The notes: a model not told the origin generated them from the letters alone. Positions 39,083 through 52,245 are shown, numbered from the whole stretch's first letter. The stretch is 63,998 nt of DNA, filler included, from Dimargaris cristalligena (GCA_003614675.1; 5 parts of 5 records of this genome joined end to end with filler, not necessarily neighbours in it); one strand, 5' to 3'. Program-made: numbers and translations.

Positions 39083-39152
39083 TGTAAAGAACTGAACTCA
39101 AATCCTTGAAAACTGAACTTTATTTGAAAAGATAGATAATAAAAGGGAAAGG
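39083..39152 (-). mobile_element. 3' end of LTR-like family A, inverted, at contig end
   Basis: TGTAAAGAACTGAACTCAAATCCTTGAAAACTGAACTTTATTTGAAAAGATA is a near-exact reverse complement of 13014-13065. Confidence 0.7.
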
Positions 39153-39252
39153 NNNNNNNNNNNNNNNNNNNNNNNNNNNNNNNNNNNNNNNNNNNNTTAA
39201 TTAATTAANNNNNNNNNNNNNNNNNNNNNNNNNNNNNNNNNNNNNNNNNNNN
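39153..39252. other. Artificial contig spacer
   Basis: N-run with TTAATTAATTAA. Confidence 0.97.
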
Positions 39253-39730
39253 GGCCCCATCTAATGGATTTTTCGTTATACAGCTTGGATGAACTTCTCC
39301 CATATGTTTGATGAGACGCGGGTATGGCAGGACTAAAATAACTAATATATTTAACTTCGTGTATACATACTATTGAAAACGTTGTACAGGTGTTAAATTT
39401 CAACATTATGTAGTTTCATTGCGGGTACTTGGCGGCCCATTTTGGAATTGGCCATTGGTGTTTTGGTTAATTAGGGAAGAGGCGCCTTTATCCGACCCAC
39501 ACAGCCAGCACACCCTTGGAAGACTGGAATGGACTCAAGTAGGTATAATAGAAGCGGCTTTGCAAAGGTAGGGCCGGGTCAATGATATGGGTGAAATTCG
39601 GCCCAGCTATATAAGGGTTTACATTATATGTGTATGGGAAAATATATGGGAAATGTATTTTTAACTAGTAATATTGGCCGAATCTAATGGATTTTTTGTT
39701 ATACAGCTTAGATGAACTTCTCCCATATGA
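39253..39730. repeat. Repeat family E: ~55-bp direct repeat (39253-39306 and 39676-39729); inverted homolog at ~63136-63255
   Basis: ATCTAATGGATTTTT(C/T)GTTATACAGCTT(G/A)GATGAACTTCTCCCATATG occurs twice, with a diverged reverse complement from 63136. Confidence 0.7.
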
Positions 39731-40563
39731 TATCACTAGTTAGAGACAACGAGGGGGGAGGAGGTATTGGTTTCTCATATAGCCTGTTTTAGAGTGACCA
39801 TTCTATCGTAGCTGGGAATCCATTTAATTTCTGCAGCCACCGCACCGGTTCGGCGGAAAAGATGGAGTGACCAGAGAACCTTATTGAGAATACTGTGAGT
39901 AAGGGACGTGCACATTTTGTATTCGCAGGGCGTTGTCTATTCATACAAACCTCACCGCCGGGGTGATGATGATAATGGTACAGGGGAGTCTATCTTTGAA
40001 CAGTCACCCTCCGCTTCGGTTAAACTGACAATCTAATGTCATGGTGGGGGGAGGAGCTCTTTATCTCTCTAGTGTCATTTGCGGGGGTGTATTAAACAAA
40101 GCAATGGTCCCTAGAACAGTATTATTTTATTACAGATGTGCATACCACAGGAAAAGGATGCTGAGAAGCGGCGCAATCAACGGGTTGATGGTCAGTCTAA
40201 CCCCGAGTAAGAGGGCTGGGGGGGGAGGGGTTTAGATGGAAGGGCGGAGATAATGATTAAATCGAAGGTATATTTGAAAGGGAGGTTAAATTGATGATGG
40301 ATTAGGGGGGATATGGAATGCCGAGGCAATACCAACCCCGCGTGAAACTACTCGAGGGAGCAGTAGGGGCATAGTGGGGGGGGGATTGGAAGCGGCGACC
40401 AAGCTCTGCCTAACTAACTAACGACTATAGCTAATATAGTATAGAATAATATAATATAATATAATATTAGTATTGTTATAGGGAGGGAGGGGTTTTCGTT
40501 TGTTTTGTTTCATTTTTTGGGAAAACAGGCATCAATAAGCAATTAGAGTCGCGCTTTAGGGAG

Positions 40564-41343
40564 TCATTTCTGGGCCAGGAGCTTTTCAATGTCGGCACCG
40601 ATGGACTCGGGACTGGTGTTGGACCAGAACCGGTTGACGACCTTGCCCTCCTGGTCAACCAGGAACTTCTCGAAGTTCCACTTGACGCGACCAATGAAGC
40701 CAAAGGTCTTGGGGCCGTGGTCCTTCAAATAAGCGTAGACGGGCGACTCGTTATCACCGTTGACATCGATCTTTTCCATGATGGGGAAGGTGACCTGGTA
40801 GGTCAGGGAGCAGAAGTTGGCGATTTCGTCAGCGTTGCCGGGTTCCTGACCCCCGAACTGGTTGCAGGGGAAGCCCAGGATGACCACGTTCTGGTTCTGG
40901 TACTTCTGCCAGAGTTCCTCGAGGCCCTTGTATTGGTTAGTGAAACCGCACTTGGAGGCGACATTGACGATGAGCACGACCTTGCCCTTGAGCTGGCTGA
41001 AGTCGTATTCCTGGCCGTCCAGTTTCTTGGCCTTGAGATCGTAGAAGGAGGCGGCAGTCATGTTAGTAGTGGTGGAGGAGAAGGGTCGGCGGGGTGCGGC
41101 TGAGAAGGAGGAGGGGATGGCGGTGGTGCGGAGGCAGCGAAGGAACTGGGAGGAGGTGGTTAGAGGCTGCTGAAAGGCGGACCGGAGAGGAAGCACGGTC
41201 AAGCAGGGGCGGATGGAAGCGAGTGGGGCGAGAATGGTGACGGCTGAAGAGGGGAAAAGCCAGAGAAGGGGAAGAGTAAAGGCAATTGCGAATATGAGTA
41301 CGAGTAGAGGGCGAGTGAAGAACGAAGAAGGAGAAGCAGCCAT
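40564..41343 (-). CDS. Cys-type glutathione/thioredoxin peroxidase (Gpx/Hyr1 family); core starts at ATG 41061, with a 94-codon in-frame extension
   Basis: NVASKCGFT (TGC = Cys), GFPCNQFGGQEPG, KWNFEKFLV. Confidence 0.95.
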   Translation of the reverse strand: MAASPSSFFTRPLLVLIFAIAFTLPLLWLFPSSAVTILAPLASIRPCLTVLPLRSAFQQPLTTSSQFLRCLRTTAIPSSFSAAPRRPFSSTTTNMTAASFYDLKAKKLDGQEYDFSQLKGKVVLIVNVASKCGFTNQYKGLEELWQKYQNQNVVILGFPCNQFGGQEPGNADEIANFCSLTYQVTFPIMEKIDVNGDNESPVYAYLKDHGPKTFGFIGRVKWNFEKFLVDQEGKVVNRFWSNTSPESIGADIEKLLAQK

Positions 41344-42779
41344 TTTTATATTTATAGCAGGTCTCTGAATAAGTGAAACATAGCCATAGCCATAGCCGTA
41401 GTAGAGTAGAGTAGTGGGGAGGAAGACTGGCTGGTACTAGAAGTGAGTGAGTTACTTCTTACTTACTCACTCATGCCCCTATACCCTGGCCTCGTACCAC
41501 CACCACGCCTATTAGTCATTCCGTGGGAGATGGTAATGATGATGACGGGGGGTGGTCGACCGCCGATATGGACCCTTCTTGGCACCACACTGTATAGAAC
41601 ACCTCTCAGGAAACGGGCCAATCAGAGCAATCCGAATCACCCAAGGCCAGGGTGGCCCCCACCCGAACTGAAAGCCCTGGCTTAGTAATAGTAATACTCG
41701 TATTAAAATCACCCGCACATCCATATATCCCAGCCCAGCCCAACTTAGAACGCCGATAGTATGGTGCCAATCGCCGACTGAGCTGGTCGGCCCGTTTCGT
41801 CGGGGGTCTGCCAATCCAGCCCTAGTTGGCATATGAAAACCCTTGCTAATCGCAATTATCAGATTTGCCCGTATTCCTCGTAATTCGCCATGTCGCTGAC
41901 CAACCCTCCCTCCCCCCTCCTGGAAAATAGAGAACCGCTACGGCGGCATGCAGGTGTTTCGCCTACACAACCCCAGCCCTCCCTACCACCAAGCGGTCGC
42001 ATCGGCATCGAAGTATAGTCTCTTCCTTCCCGATGCTGGCCATTAGATCAGATGGGTGTAGCATTTACTGACCACCATCACCACCACAGCTATGGCGGTT
42101 ATCAAATGGATTAGGAATATCGTTGCCGAAAAGGATAGGTGCACATGTAGATGGGAGTTGGCCTTGTCAACCTACTATACCATACCATTCTATACTATAT
42201 AGACTATATAGCCTTCGACTTAAGAAACGGGCTTTGGAGGCTATGTTGGGAAGCTTCTGTGCCACGCTGCAGGAGGCATATATCCCCCCATCACATCCCG
42301 GCACTGACTTTGGTTCTCCGTGGTGTGGTCACTATTTCTCAACGCTCCCCCAGCCGGTCCTTGGCCAAACGAGTGTTGCCGTGACTATAGATGGTGAATA
42401 TCGGTGACCAAAGTTGTTTATTGATTCGTTACCAAAGCGAAATCTGGTTGTCCTAATGGTGAGGTTTCCCCAAAATAATAGTAAAAATCCCGCCCTAATA
42501 GTATTGATATCGGTGCCCCCCAAGTCAGCCAGCGCTAATAGAGGTGGCTTAATACGGTCTAGACCCAGTCACACGCATCAGCAAAGGGGACGGTTACCTC
42601 GACTCGCATTAATACCGCAGGGTTTCCCAAATAAACGAAATCCCCATCCTAGATGCCCCAAACCGACGAGGGATTTCCCCTTGGGAATGAATGAATAAAT
42701 AATGATGATGGGGGGGGGGGGCCTTCCCGCTCATGTATGGGACTATTTAACGACGCCGCTAGGATCTCAGAGCGGCCGA

Positions 42780-43479
42780 TTATATAAGCCGCGCACCGTA
42801 GCGAATGGCCATGATCAAACTGGGCGTGGTAATGCATAGAAGGGAGGTAACCCGGCGTAGGAGTGATTAGAGTCAATAATATCCGGTGGGGGGTATGGCA
42901 TGATGTCGCAGGGAAAAAGATTAAGGGTATGGGATCCTCCTCCAAAAACATCGGAATAGTATAGTAGGCCGCATAATCGGATATTCTTTACCTCAAACCA
43001 GATACCAGCCCGGCGGGCATAAATTTGCCGCTATTGTAGAAGCGCGAGCCTATTAGGATCAGGAGCATGATACTAACGCCTGGAGACATGGAGAAGATAG
43101 GGCCGATATATATATATATATTTAATAATAGGATCAGTGGAATGGTTCGGTTGAAATTGGACTTACCCCAGCGAAGGCAGAGAAATTTATGGATCTCCTC
43201 AGTACGCCCCCTCCGGAGGCAGCGACTTGTGCGTGTTAAGCGGGCAGTGTTGAATATATATATATATATATATGCCTATTTGAAGCCACTCAGCTCCGCA
43301 AACTTACCGAAGGCCAAGTGTACGTTGGCGGGGTTGTCGCTCGCGCGCTTAGCCGCCAGGGCCATCAGACCACCGAATGTAACGCCGGACGCCAGCGAGG
43401 CCATGCTGCCGGCCTTCAGAAAGCCCACTAGACCACCAATGGCAATCAGACCAGAGTAAACGAAGCCGGGGTAATCCAT
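42780..43479 (-). CDS. TMEM14-family small membrane protein (exons 43479-43308, 43079-42992, 42819-42780)
   Basis: YSGLIAIGGLVGFLKAGSMASLASG; exon 2 gives RFYNSGKFMPAGLV; splice phases consistent. Confidence 0.9.
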
Positions 43480-44407
43480 GTCGGTAGGGTTTTAGTGGAG
43501 GGGGAGGTCGAGGAGGGTGGACGTATAAGTAATGCTAATAAAAAGAGGTCAATGGAAAAATAAGCAGTAACGTATGACTTAATTGCAGAGCGGATGGAGT
43601 AAGGTATAGAGAGGGTATAGGAAGAGAGAGATACAGGGGTAAATAAAAGGAGGCGGAAAACTCCGGGTGACTGGGAGATGAGCCGCCCGCGGGCGAGTTT
43701 ACCCGAGTCTTCTCTCTCACTCGATACAAAGGGAAACCTACCTATTACCTATTGTATACCACCATCCACGCCATTCTTCTACTCACTTCAGCTGGTTGGT
43801 TGGTTTGCTGACTGCAATCCCAGCAGTCTTGCCGTCTCCCTCACACATGCAGCTTCTATTTGGAGGAGGGGGACTGTTTATTATAACACCTACCTATGCC
43901 ACCATTATTCCCTATGCAATTCAATTCTATTCTATCGGCCACAGAGGCCACCGCTTCTGCAACAGCAATGGAGGGGTATGTATATATATTGATGGTTCAA
44001 CTACAACTACAAGTTAATACTTCTATACGATTTCATAATAAGTGAGAGAGAAAGAGGGGCAAGAAAAATAAACTGAACGAATAGGTGGGGGAGGGTTTGT
44101 TGGTTTTGTTTTGTTTTAAAAAAAAGGCATCCAAATCAGATGTATAAAAGAAGGCAAGGAGTGGGCTTCGGTTTCGTTCAGGAATGGGATCCGACAATAT
44201 CCCTGGGTGAGACCGAACGACAACGGGTTGTTGGCGAGGAAGAGACACAGTGGTGTGGTTGGAAAAGCACCAAAGGCAATCCACCCTCTTGGATCCTTTT
44301 ATTTTGACGAAGGACACCGCGTGCGGGGTTGACACCCAAGCGCGAATAGAAGGCTAGTATAGTTAGTTAGTAGTAACCTGGTGGGGCTTGGGTCTGGTTA
44401 ATGAACG

Positions 44408-44583
44408 TTAGGCCGTGAGTGTCCGGATACGGCGGGGGCTCATGCCCGATGGGTCGCAGCAGGTCCAACTCGTCCCTCTTAAAGCCCCCTTGGGGATCTT
44501 TCTCAGATTTAATGGACTAAGCGAACCGGGAGGGGGAGATTTCGGCAGAGTGTATGGAAATAAAAGGCAATGTAGTATAATGA

Positions 44584-44616
<33 letters not shown>

Positions 44617-45175
44617 CAGTATTACACAGTTAGTAAAGAGGTCAAAGTAAACCAGTGTGTGACGACGAAGGGAGGGGGGCGTTTAAAGTAGACCCTCTGA
44701 AGAACAGGACTTCGATTATTAAGTAGATAGATCCCTCCTCCTCCTTCTCTTATCCCCCCACTCACTGCCCGCTAAATCGGATCAGAATGGAATTTTATAA
44801 ACAAGCCAGGCACATAGACAAATCTTCTTATATTCTTACCTCGCGGTACCGGTGCAGGTACATTTTCAGCGCCTCGGCGTAGTTTTCGAAGCCCAGGGAC
44901 TGCATGGCCCACAGGATATCCTCGCCGTTGATGGTTTTACGCTTTTCCTGCTGGCAACGATCGCTGGCTTCGCTTGTTATGAAGGAGATAAACTCGGACA
45001 CGCATTCCTGGACCGTTTCCTTGGCCTCCTTGGCGATTTTGGCATTGTCGGGCAGGGCGCGTTTCATAATGCGGGCCACGTTGGCAATAGGCAGGAAGCG
45101 ATCTTGTTCCTTGACATCATCGTAGTCCTCCATGCCGTGGGCGTGGGAAGCGGCAGTGGGAGAATCGTTCGACAT
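44408..45175 (-). CDS. HAP3: CCAAT-binding factor subunit Hap3/NF-YB (exons 45175-44840, 44516-44408)
   Basis: [16 protein letters not shown]...[46 protein letters not shown] histone fold. Confidence 0.95.
44585..44615. repeat. (GTA)n microsatellite in the HAP3 intron
   Basis: About 10 tandem GTA units. Confidence 0.9.
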
Positions 45176-45488
45176 GGTGAGTAGGAGGGGGGTTGTGTGA
45201 TTCGAGACTAATAAAGCGGTTTTTTTTTTTTAGTTTAACAGCACGCAAAAGATAAAAGGGACAAACGAGGTTAGAATTACAAGGAACGGGCAATGGGCCG
45301 GAAAAAGGGAAAGAAGGGAGAAGGTATACAAACACGGTGAACGAAGAATATACGAATATATTAGAAGATGCACAAAAGAAGGAAAAGAATACCAAAAGGA
45401 ATGGGTGGGTCGAGAGATGGGGTGGAAGGCAAAAGCAGGCTTATTAGCCAGGGGAACGGTGTATTCTATATATTATACCCGGTAGGTA

Positions 45489-45491
<3 letters not shown>

Positions 45492-45521
<30 letters not shown>
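45492..45521. repeat. (AT)n microsatellite
   Basis: About 15 AT units upstream of HAP3. Confidence 0.9.
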
Positions 45522-45524
<3 letters not shown>

Positions 45525-48122
45525 TTCGTTTATGTAAGGCGTGTCTTCTGTACCAGAGTAGGCAGATAGATATACAAGCTTGGCAAAAAGAGACCCAACC
45601 GATAGGTAAACCAATTAAAGTAAAGAAGAGAAGAGAAATAGCCTAGTTATACAACCTGGGCATCAATATAAAAGGAGGAAGGGAGAGGGAGGGGGGGTGT
45701 CTCTTTGGCCAAGTTATAATGATGTCTTTTATAAATAACCGGGAGAGAGAGAAGAAGAGGAGGTATTTTTGGTCATGCCGGATGGACGGGGACTCCTCAC
45801 ATGACACAATAAATATATACTACGATATAATAATAATCTATTTCCTCCCTTCTAATAATAAAACAGTCAGCGAAAACTGCTATAATAATAACCAACTAAC
45901 CACATTATAAATAATATATAGTATTTTACGCGGTGCTGCTTACCAAATCGAGGAGTGTTCTATGATGATTGTGGACTGCAACAGGCAGATACGATGAACG
46001 AGCTCAAGTCAAATAATAAATAGAAAGAGATAAATATGATGGGGTTTTGCAACGAAAAAAGGGCCTTTTTGGGATAACCAAAAAAAGCACCAGTGAATGA
46101 GAAGAAAAGGAGAGAAAGAGGCTAGCAGGATTGGAGAGCGATCAAAAGTCTTTGAGAAGCTCTGTTTCCAGCGCTAGTTTATTATTAGACTACACCTACC
46201 ATAATACATCTAGAGACGAAAGTGGGTTATATAGGGTTTCTACTGGATAAAATAGTCTAAGCCAGTAGTAGTAGTGGTGGTATACTCTCACTCATATTGC
46301 TCCTTGATAGATATCACTTTAGGAAAAGGCGCTGCGCCCAACAAGCCACACTAGCAGAAGGAGAGAGAGCTACCACCATTAATAATCATCGGATGATATA
46401 TGTGGCGCGGCTATTCGTAAGGGCTGTGTGTGTACTACTTACTCTATTGCTGATGTACAGCAGTAGAGTAAGTAAGTATATTTATTATAAGTGGCACAGG
46501 GCTCGGCGAAGTCACCATACAATTGCGGTTCCGAAACATCCCCGCCGCCATTGATCATTGCGTACGCCGCGCGAGACAATAGGCTGACTAAAGCAATCCA
46601 TAGAAAAAACACCGCGCTCACCTACTTAACGCCACCCCCCTTTTCCTCCCCTCCCTTCCTTAGCATATGGCAGAGATCCCTTTTATCCCATTGTTAAGTT
46701 ATTCTTCTTCTTCCCTGCCTACTTTTCCCCCAAGCAACAATCCATAATCATATTATTACCGGATTTGCCTTAACCTCGGCAGCGTCTTGGAATCTTAGGG
46801 GGGGGGGCAATCATACCAGTATAGTGTATGAAATCCACCCCATATGGCGGGCGGTAAATGACCACCGCACCGCCACTAACTAGATAAGGGGCCAATGGCA
46901 CATGTAGATTAGCAGGCACCATCAGCACACACACGCACACACACACAACAACCGTTGCTTCGATCCTTTCCTAAACGGATTGAATTTATCCGCCTTTTCC
47001 CCTCTTTTTCACCCTCTATATTATATATTATTGGATAGGTTTGGGAGAAGAGGAGAAATGTGTATATGGGATAATGGAATGTAAATAATGACTACTAGTC
47101 CACTCAAGAATATCTCCGTATAAGCCTGACAGTGACGTTGTTTTGTATTTTTAGCCATGAAGAGTAGTAGTAGTGGTGGACTGTACTGACGGCTTCTAGA
47201 ACAATATACACCGTTTTATCCCCCTCTTACAACACTGACTGACTTCCCCCCACTGAGGTGTAAATAGGGGAGGATGAATGTAAAGAGGATCTCGTTTAGT
47301 ATTATTATTGACACTGTTAACGTATTTTTATGTTTTGGAGCACTTTACTCCCTCTCCACCCATTTTCACTATTAATATATACCCTCCTAAAAGATATTCC
47401 ACCCCTATCCGCCGAACCAACTGGCTGATGCGTTGAAGTACCCAATGGCAATCGACAGAGTTAAGAGGAGGAAGAGCCCGCCTGAAAGCAATCATAGGGC
47501 ACCCCCAGTATCATTTCTTCCCCCATCTTTACGCCAATGAAATTCGTTGAGGCGTAAAGTAGCTAGCTGCTTGTGGGCTGAATAACATACCCCCTCATTC
47601 CCCCCACCTATTCATTTATATATTTGCTTGGTCTCCGGGTATACCGCCCCTTATAGATAGTATATAATATAATCGACCAATCAAGGCTCAATTAGCTATA
47701 GACCGCTGTTATATATGTATATATATATATATCATTGAAATGTATAATCTAATATACAATACGCCAAAGGGAAGGGTGCCCAAAGTGAAAGACTGCGAAA
47801 CGAGGTGAGAGAGGGGGGAGGGTATAAAAGACGAATTTATAAACAACATCAGCAAATATACCCTTATAAACCGGCGCATCAAAATACCCAAATTGTAAAC
47901 TATATGGCGTAAAGATACACCACGACAAACTCGGTTAATTTCACTTTGCCATGGCAGGCCAAAGCGGCCACCATAATCACCCAAAGTATGTCGAGGTCAC
48001 TTTTATCAAGAAATGCAAGGTATAACAGATATATAGTGGACCTCCTCCATCTTCTCCTCAATCAACCCGTCTTACTCATATAATACAGCGACGTCTTCGG
48101 TACGACCAAATCCCCCGTTTTT

Positions 48123-50673
48123 TTACAGGGGCGATGTTTCATGCATGGGGACCGAGCGACCGTCAATGTCAATCAAGTCCCACTTTTCTTCGTCCTCCCG
48201 TTCGTAGAAGTCCACATCATCATCACAGAATTTTAGTTCACGCAGGTAAGTGTTGACCTTGGCGTACACCGTGGTGTCACGGTTGTAGAGTTTCAGCACT
48301 CTACGCACCACCTCATAAAAATCGTAGTCCATGGTTGTCGGTGGTGGATAGGTAGTGTGCGAACTAGAGCCATCCGTAGTTTGGGAGGTATATAGAAAAC
48401 ATTAATAATTATGGTAAATACTGGGGGTTATTACTCCAGATTTTTCGCATTTCAGTTAATCTAGCCTAGCTATGACCCCCCCCCCATTCATTCATTCATT
48501 TTCTTGGAAATTTAATTGATTAGTTGGTAGTGCTTCAACTGATCCGTCATCTCCCAGATATAGAACAGCCGAGGGGAAGTATCTTCCTCTGATTGACCGC
48601 CAACGAAACGGATCATCAACCCCCCCCCCATGAACTTACCTAGGCCCCTCTGTGACGAGGTTCAGGCACGCTTTCCGAATATTAGTGGCGGACTGGGTGA
48701 TGCTGTCCAGGGGAATGTCGACGGCCTGGATATAGCACACGTAGAGAATGTCAAACGACATCATAGACAGTCCGATAATAAATCGCTCCAGATTATAATC
48801 GGTCAGGTAGAGGGGTACCTCCCTATAGCATAATATACCGTGGATAGACAACAAGACAGTGGATGAGACTCTACATTAGTCGATAAATAATATACATGCC
48901 AAATCAAAGACGGCCAGGTTGGGCAAAAAACAAGAGTGGGAACACTCTACAAAAACAATTACGGCTTACCTCTCGTTGCTATGGGTCCAGTTGGGATAAA
49001 TCACAGTATCGGCCCCTTTCAAGTTGAATCGGAAGGGCAGGGTCACACCCAAATAGTTTTCCATGACCCTAAGCAGGTGCAACACGCTCCCTACGCACGC
49101 ATTAATGTAGTCGGCCGGGAATTCTGCAGACGCGAGCATAGCACGGGGAAAATATAGGACAAGGAAGTCGGATCGTCCGGTTTACATAATCGATTAGTAC
49201 TCTGGCAACCACGGAAATTAGGGAGAGTGGATTTGGTGAGGCAGTAGGGGAGATCCCCGATAAATCAATCTCGTATATATAAACTTACTGTGCCATTCGT
49301 CGGTGGAGGGCCAAATCAACCCACCAATATGGGCCACATGACTATCCTCGGTCACCTGAAACGGTGAAGACGTCCGGACGTGGATGAGTTTGAGGTCGAA
49401 GATGAACAGCAGCTCCGAAGCCAGTAACTTCTGGGCCTTGTGGAGCCGCCGGTCAGTGATATTCAGCCGGCTTAGTAAATGCTGGAGGCTTCCGGCGGTG
49501 GCGGATTGCGGACTGAGGCCATCCAAGGTCTTATAATCCACGGCCCCTCCTTTATTAGGAGGAATCCCGTTCGGCGGCGGCAGCAATGTGGACCCGGGGG
49601 TGGTGGTGGTGGTAGCTACGGCAATGGTAGTAGTAGACAAACTGGTGACAGTACTTGTCGTGGAGGCCGAGGAAGTGCGTCGCCGATGTTCAATAGGAGC
49701 AACACTTGGGGGTGGGGATGGCAGTACCGAGTGTGATGAGGTAGTGGTAGTGTCTTTCCCGGACGACACCGATGGGGATAAAGGAGGCACCCCCAGAGAG
49801 CTACCGGTCCTTTGTTGCCATTTATTGGCAATATCACCAAATGAGTTCTTCGCGGCCTGGAGCCGGGCCCGGCGGGCCTGGAACCGTTTACGCCGCTCCA
49901 TGAGAGTGGTTTGGCCTGGTCGTGGTGGTGGAACATTACATTACATGAGCGGGGGTAAAATATAGGAGGGAGATGGTATTTAGCGGGCCAATATAGTATA
50001 TACGAGGCATATCCCGCTCATGGAAGCTGGCGATGCCTTGGGGGTGGGGGGGGGGGGCTTTGAGAATGAGAGGCTACCAAACTACCTGGCATAATTGTAG
50101 GTGGCACTACAATCATAATAAAACAGGCTCAACCCAATAGCTTACTTTGATGAATCACTTTGCGCAGTCGGGCCAGCTCCGCTTCCTGCTGATTATTTCG
50201 CCGGTCCAAATGCTGGAGTTCGACGGCTTTGCGGCTGTGCTGGAGGGGCCCGGCATTTAGCAATGAAGTGACCGCTCGAATGGCCGTCTTCTTCTTCTTA
50301 TTGATGCGGGACAGCGATTTCTTATGGTCGGCGAGCCTATGCGTAGTGGAAGTTGGCATCATCAATCGACAGTATGTAAAAGACAAACGGGTTAGCTAAC
50401 CGTATGAGTATGGAATGCGACCCTTTATACCCCGGACAGGCGGTGTCAAATTGGGTTATACGGGTAAAAACATACTGTAGCACGTATTACTACTATCCTC
50501 CACTGCTTGCCAGTAGGGTTCTTCCAACTCGACCACCGCCAGGTGAATTGCCAGGGATAGTCGAGCGAATAGAGGGACATACAATAAGGCATACGAGCTT
50601 GGACTTACTTCTCTTCGAGACAGTCGGGACAATAGAACCGGGTGTAAACCAGGCGGCAGTTGGAGCATTCCAT
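48123..50673 (-). CDS. Atg14/UVRAG(Vps38)-like PI3K complex subunit, multi-exon
   Basis: N-terminal CxxC...CxxC (MECSNCR..FYCPDC); coiled coil; VAHIGGLIWP; HLLRVMENYLGVTLPF; PLYL..NLERFIIGLSMMSFDILYVC. Exon limits only approximate. Confidence 0.7.
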
Positions 50674-51894
50674 TCGTAGCGAGGGTGTATTCGGGCAGAG
50701 GGTTACGTGTGTATGAATAATGTGGATATGCGTGTGAATAAGCCAATATGCGAAAGGGATAGTAAAGGGAAATGGTAGAAATGGGAAGGACTTGGGGGTG
50801 ATGGGTTGTAGTAGGATAGGGTAAGGTATAGTGGAGCGGAGCAATGGAGGGTGAGGTAAGGCTAGACAGTAGACTAGTGCGGTATGCCAATAATAAGTTA
50901 GAGGGTTAGCCAAAACGATAGTGATATAAAGGCGGAGGAATATTGCAGTAGAACATAAGGAAGGGGGAAAGGACAGGACCCCCCGCCCGCGTTCCCGCTG
51001 ACCTGGTTTATATGGTGAAGCCTTCTTTAGGCCCCCCGGCCCGAGTAAAAGCCCCTTCCTTTGGTGGAGGTTATCCGTTGTTTCCTCCCGCCTTTAATGC
51101 CATTTGAACACTGCGGTCGATGACTTATCTCACCCAAAAGTAAAGTAAGGCATTCAATGGGATATCTCATTGTTACAGTAGGGCGTGAATGGGTCTGTAG
51201 TATCCTTTACTAGCGTAATCTAGGTAGTTAATAGTTGGAAAAGGGTGTCCGTGTTTTCCAAAGGCGGGGAGACGCTTCCACCCATTATTTGCCCCCCATA
51301 CACTACAGCTTGCCCCTCCTAATGGTGCCCGTAGCTCAGCTGACGATTCTTACCACATTTCCCTCTTACTATATATAACTAACTGTACCGTCCATTAGTC
51401 AATTAACAACGTCTACTGGGTTTCGGGTAAACTCCAGTGCCCCTTTTACCTATTATTGTGACCCATTATTATACCTAGTGAGGGTGGATCGCTACGATAA
51501 GTCAGGTGGCATACTCACCACATCACAGCCAGTTAAACAACCTTTAATAAGCCGACGATAACAGGTGCCAAGCATGGGATGGGGTCACGTATTTATTTCA
51601 ACTATCCAGAGACCCCTTACACGAATATTAATTTACTGTTGGTTTGGTTTGGGCATGTGCCCCACCCCCCCCTTCATAGAACACACACATCATTCAGCAA
51701 CGGCGGGCCGCCCGAACGAAAACCACCCCAGCAGTAACAACAACCATGAACAAGGCAAGCCACATTAAAACAAAAAAATTATAATCTGGGATTAGCCTGT
51801 TATTAATAAATACTTGGACTATACAGAGAGAGCGAGAGTCGCCCCCCTACCGGGGACAATAACCAGTCGACGACGACGGCAACGACGGGGTTTT

Positions 51895-52074
51895 TTACCT
51901 CCCGGCCCGCTGCTGGTCAGTCATTAACGCCTCAGCCTCCGCTTCAATTTCGGCGATAAGCCGATTCATTTCCAGGGTATGGTTCTCCATGGTGCAGGAG
52001 AGGTCCTTTAGGTCACCAAGGGTGTTGGCAATGGGCTCTATGATGCCCTGACGAACTGAAATTTGGTATTGTTC
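51895..52074 (-). CDS. Probable 3' exon of an unidentified helical protein truncated by contig end
   Basis: CTTAG acceptor then a 60-codon frame EQYQISVRQGIIEPIANTLGDLKDL...EMNRLIAEIEAEAEALM; no family recognised. Confidence 0.4.
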   Translation of the reverse strand, partial: EQYQISVRQGIIEPIANTLGDLKDLSCTMENHTLEMNRLIAEIEAEAEALMTDQQRAGR

Positions 52075-52245
52075 CTAAGTGGGCAGCCCGTCCATCGCGA
52101 TCACATAAAGCCGGCGTTTCAAATAGAGTTGGTATTAGTTAGGGTATCCATCGGTTTATAAATATCGACAATGTCTGAGCCATCCTGCCATATAAAGCCA
52201 CGCCCCATTCGGCTACGGCACTGTTGTTCGTATACCGCGACCATA

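Noticed and set aside
40945..40960. Possible selenocysteine in the peroxidase (some early-diverging fungi use Sec)
   Set aside because: The active-site codon is TGC (Cys), not TGA
46439..46621. Small ORF with hydrophobic start and cysteines, possible secreted peptide
   Set aside because: GTG start, no upstream ATG exon identified, no paralog
52232..52245. ATACCGCGACCATA at the contig end resembles a 5S rRNA 5' end
   Set aside because: Only 14 nt, and the opposite strand could be coding sequence upstream of the 52074 exon
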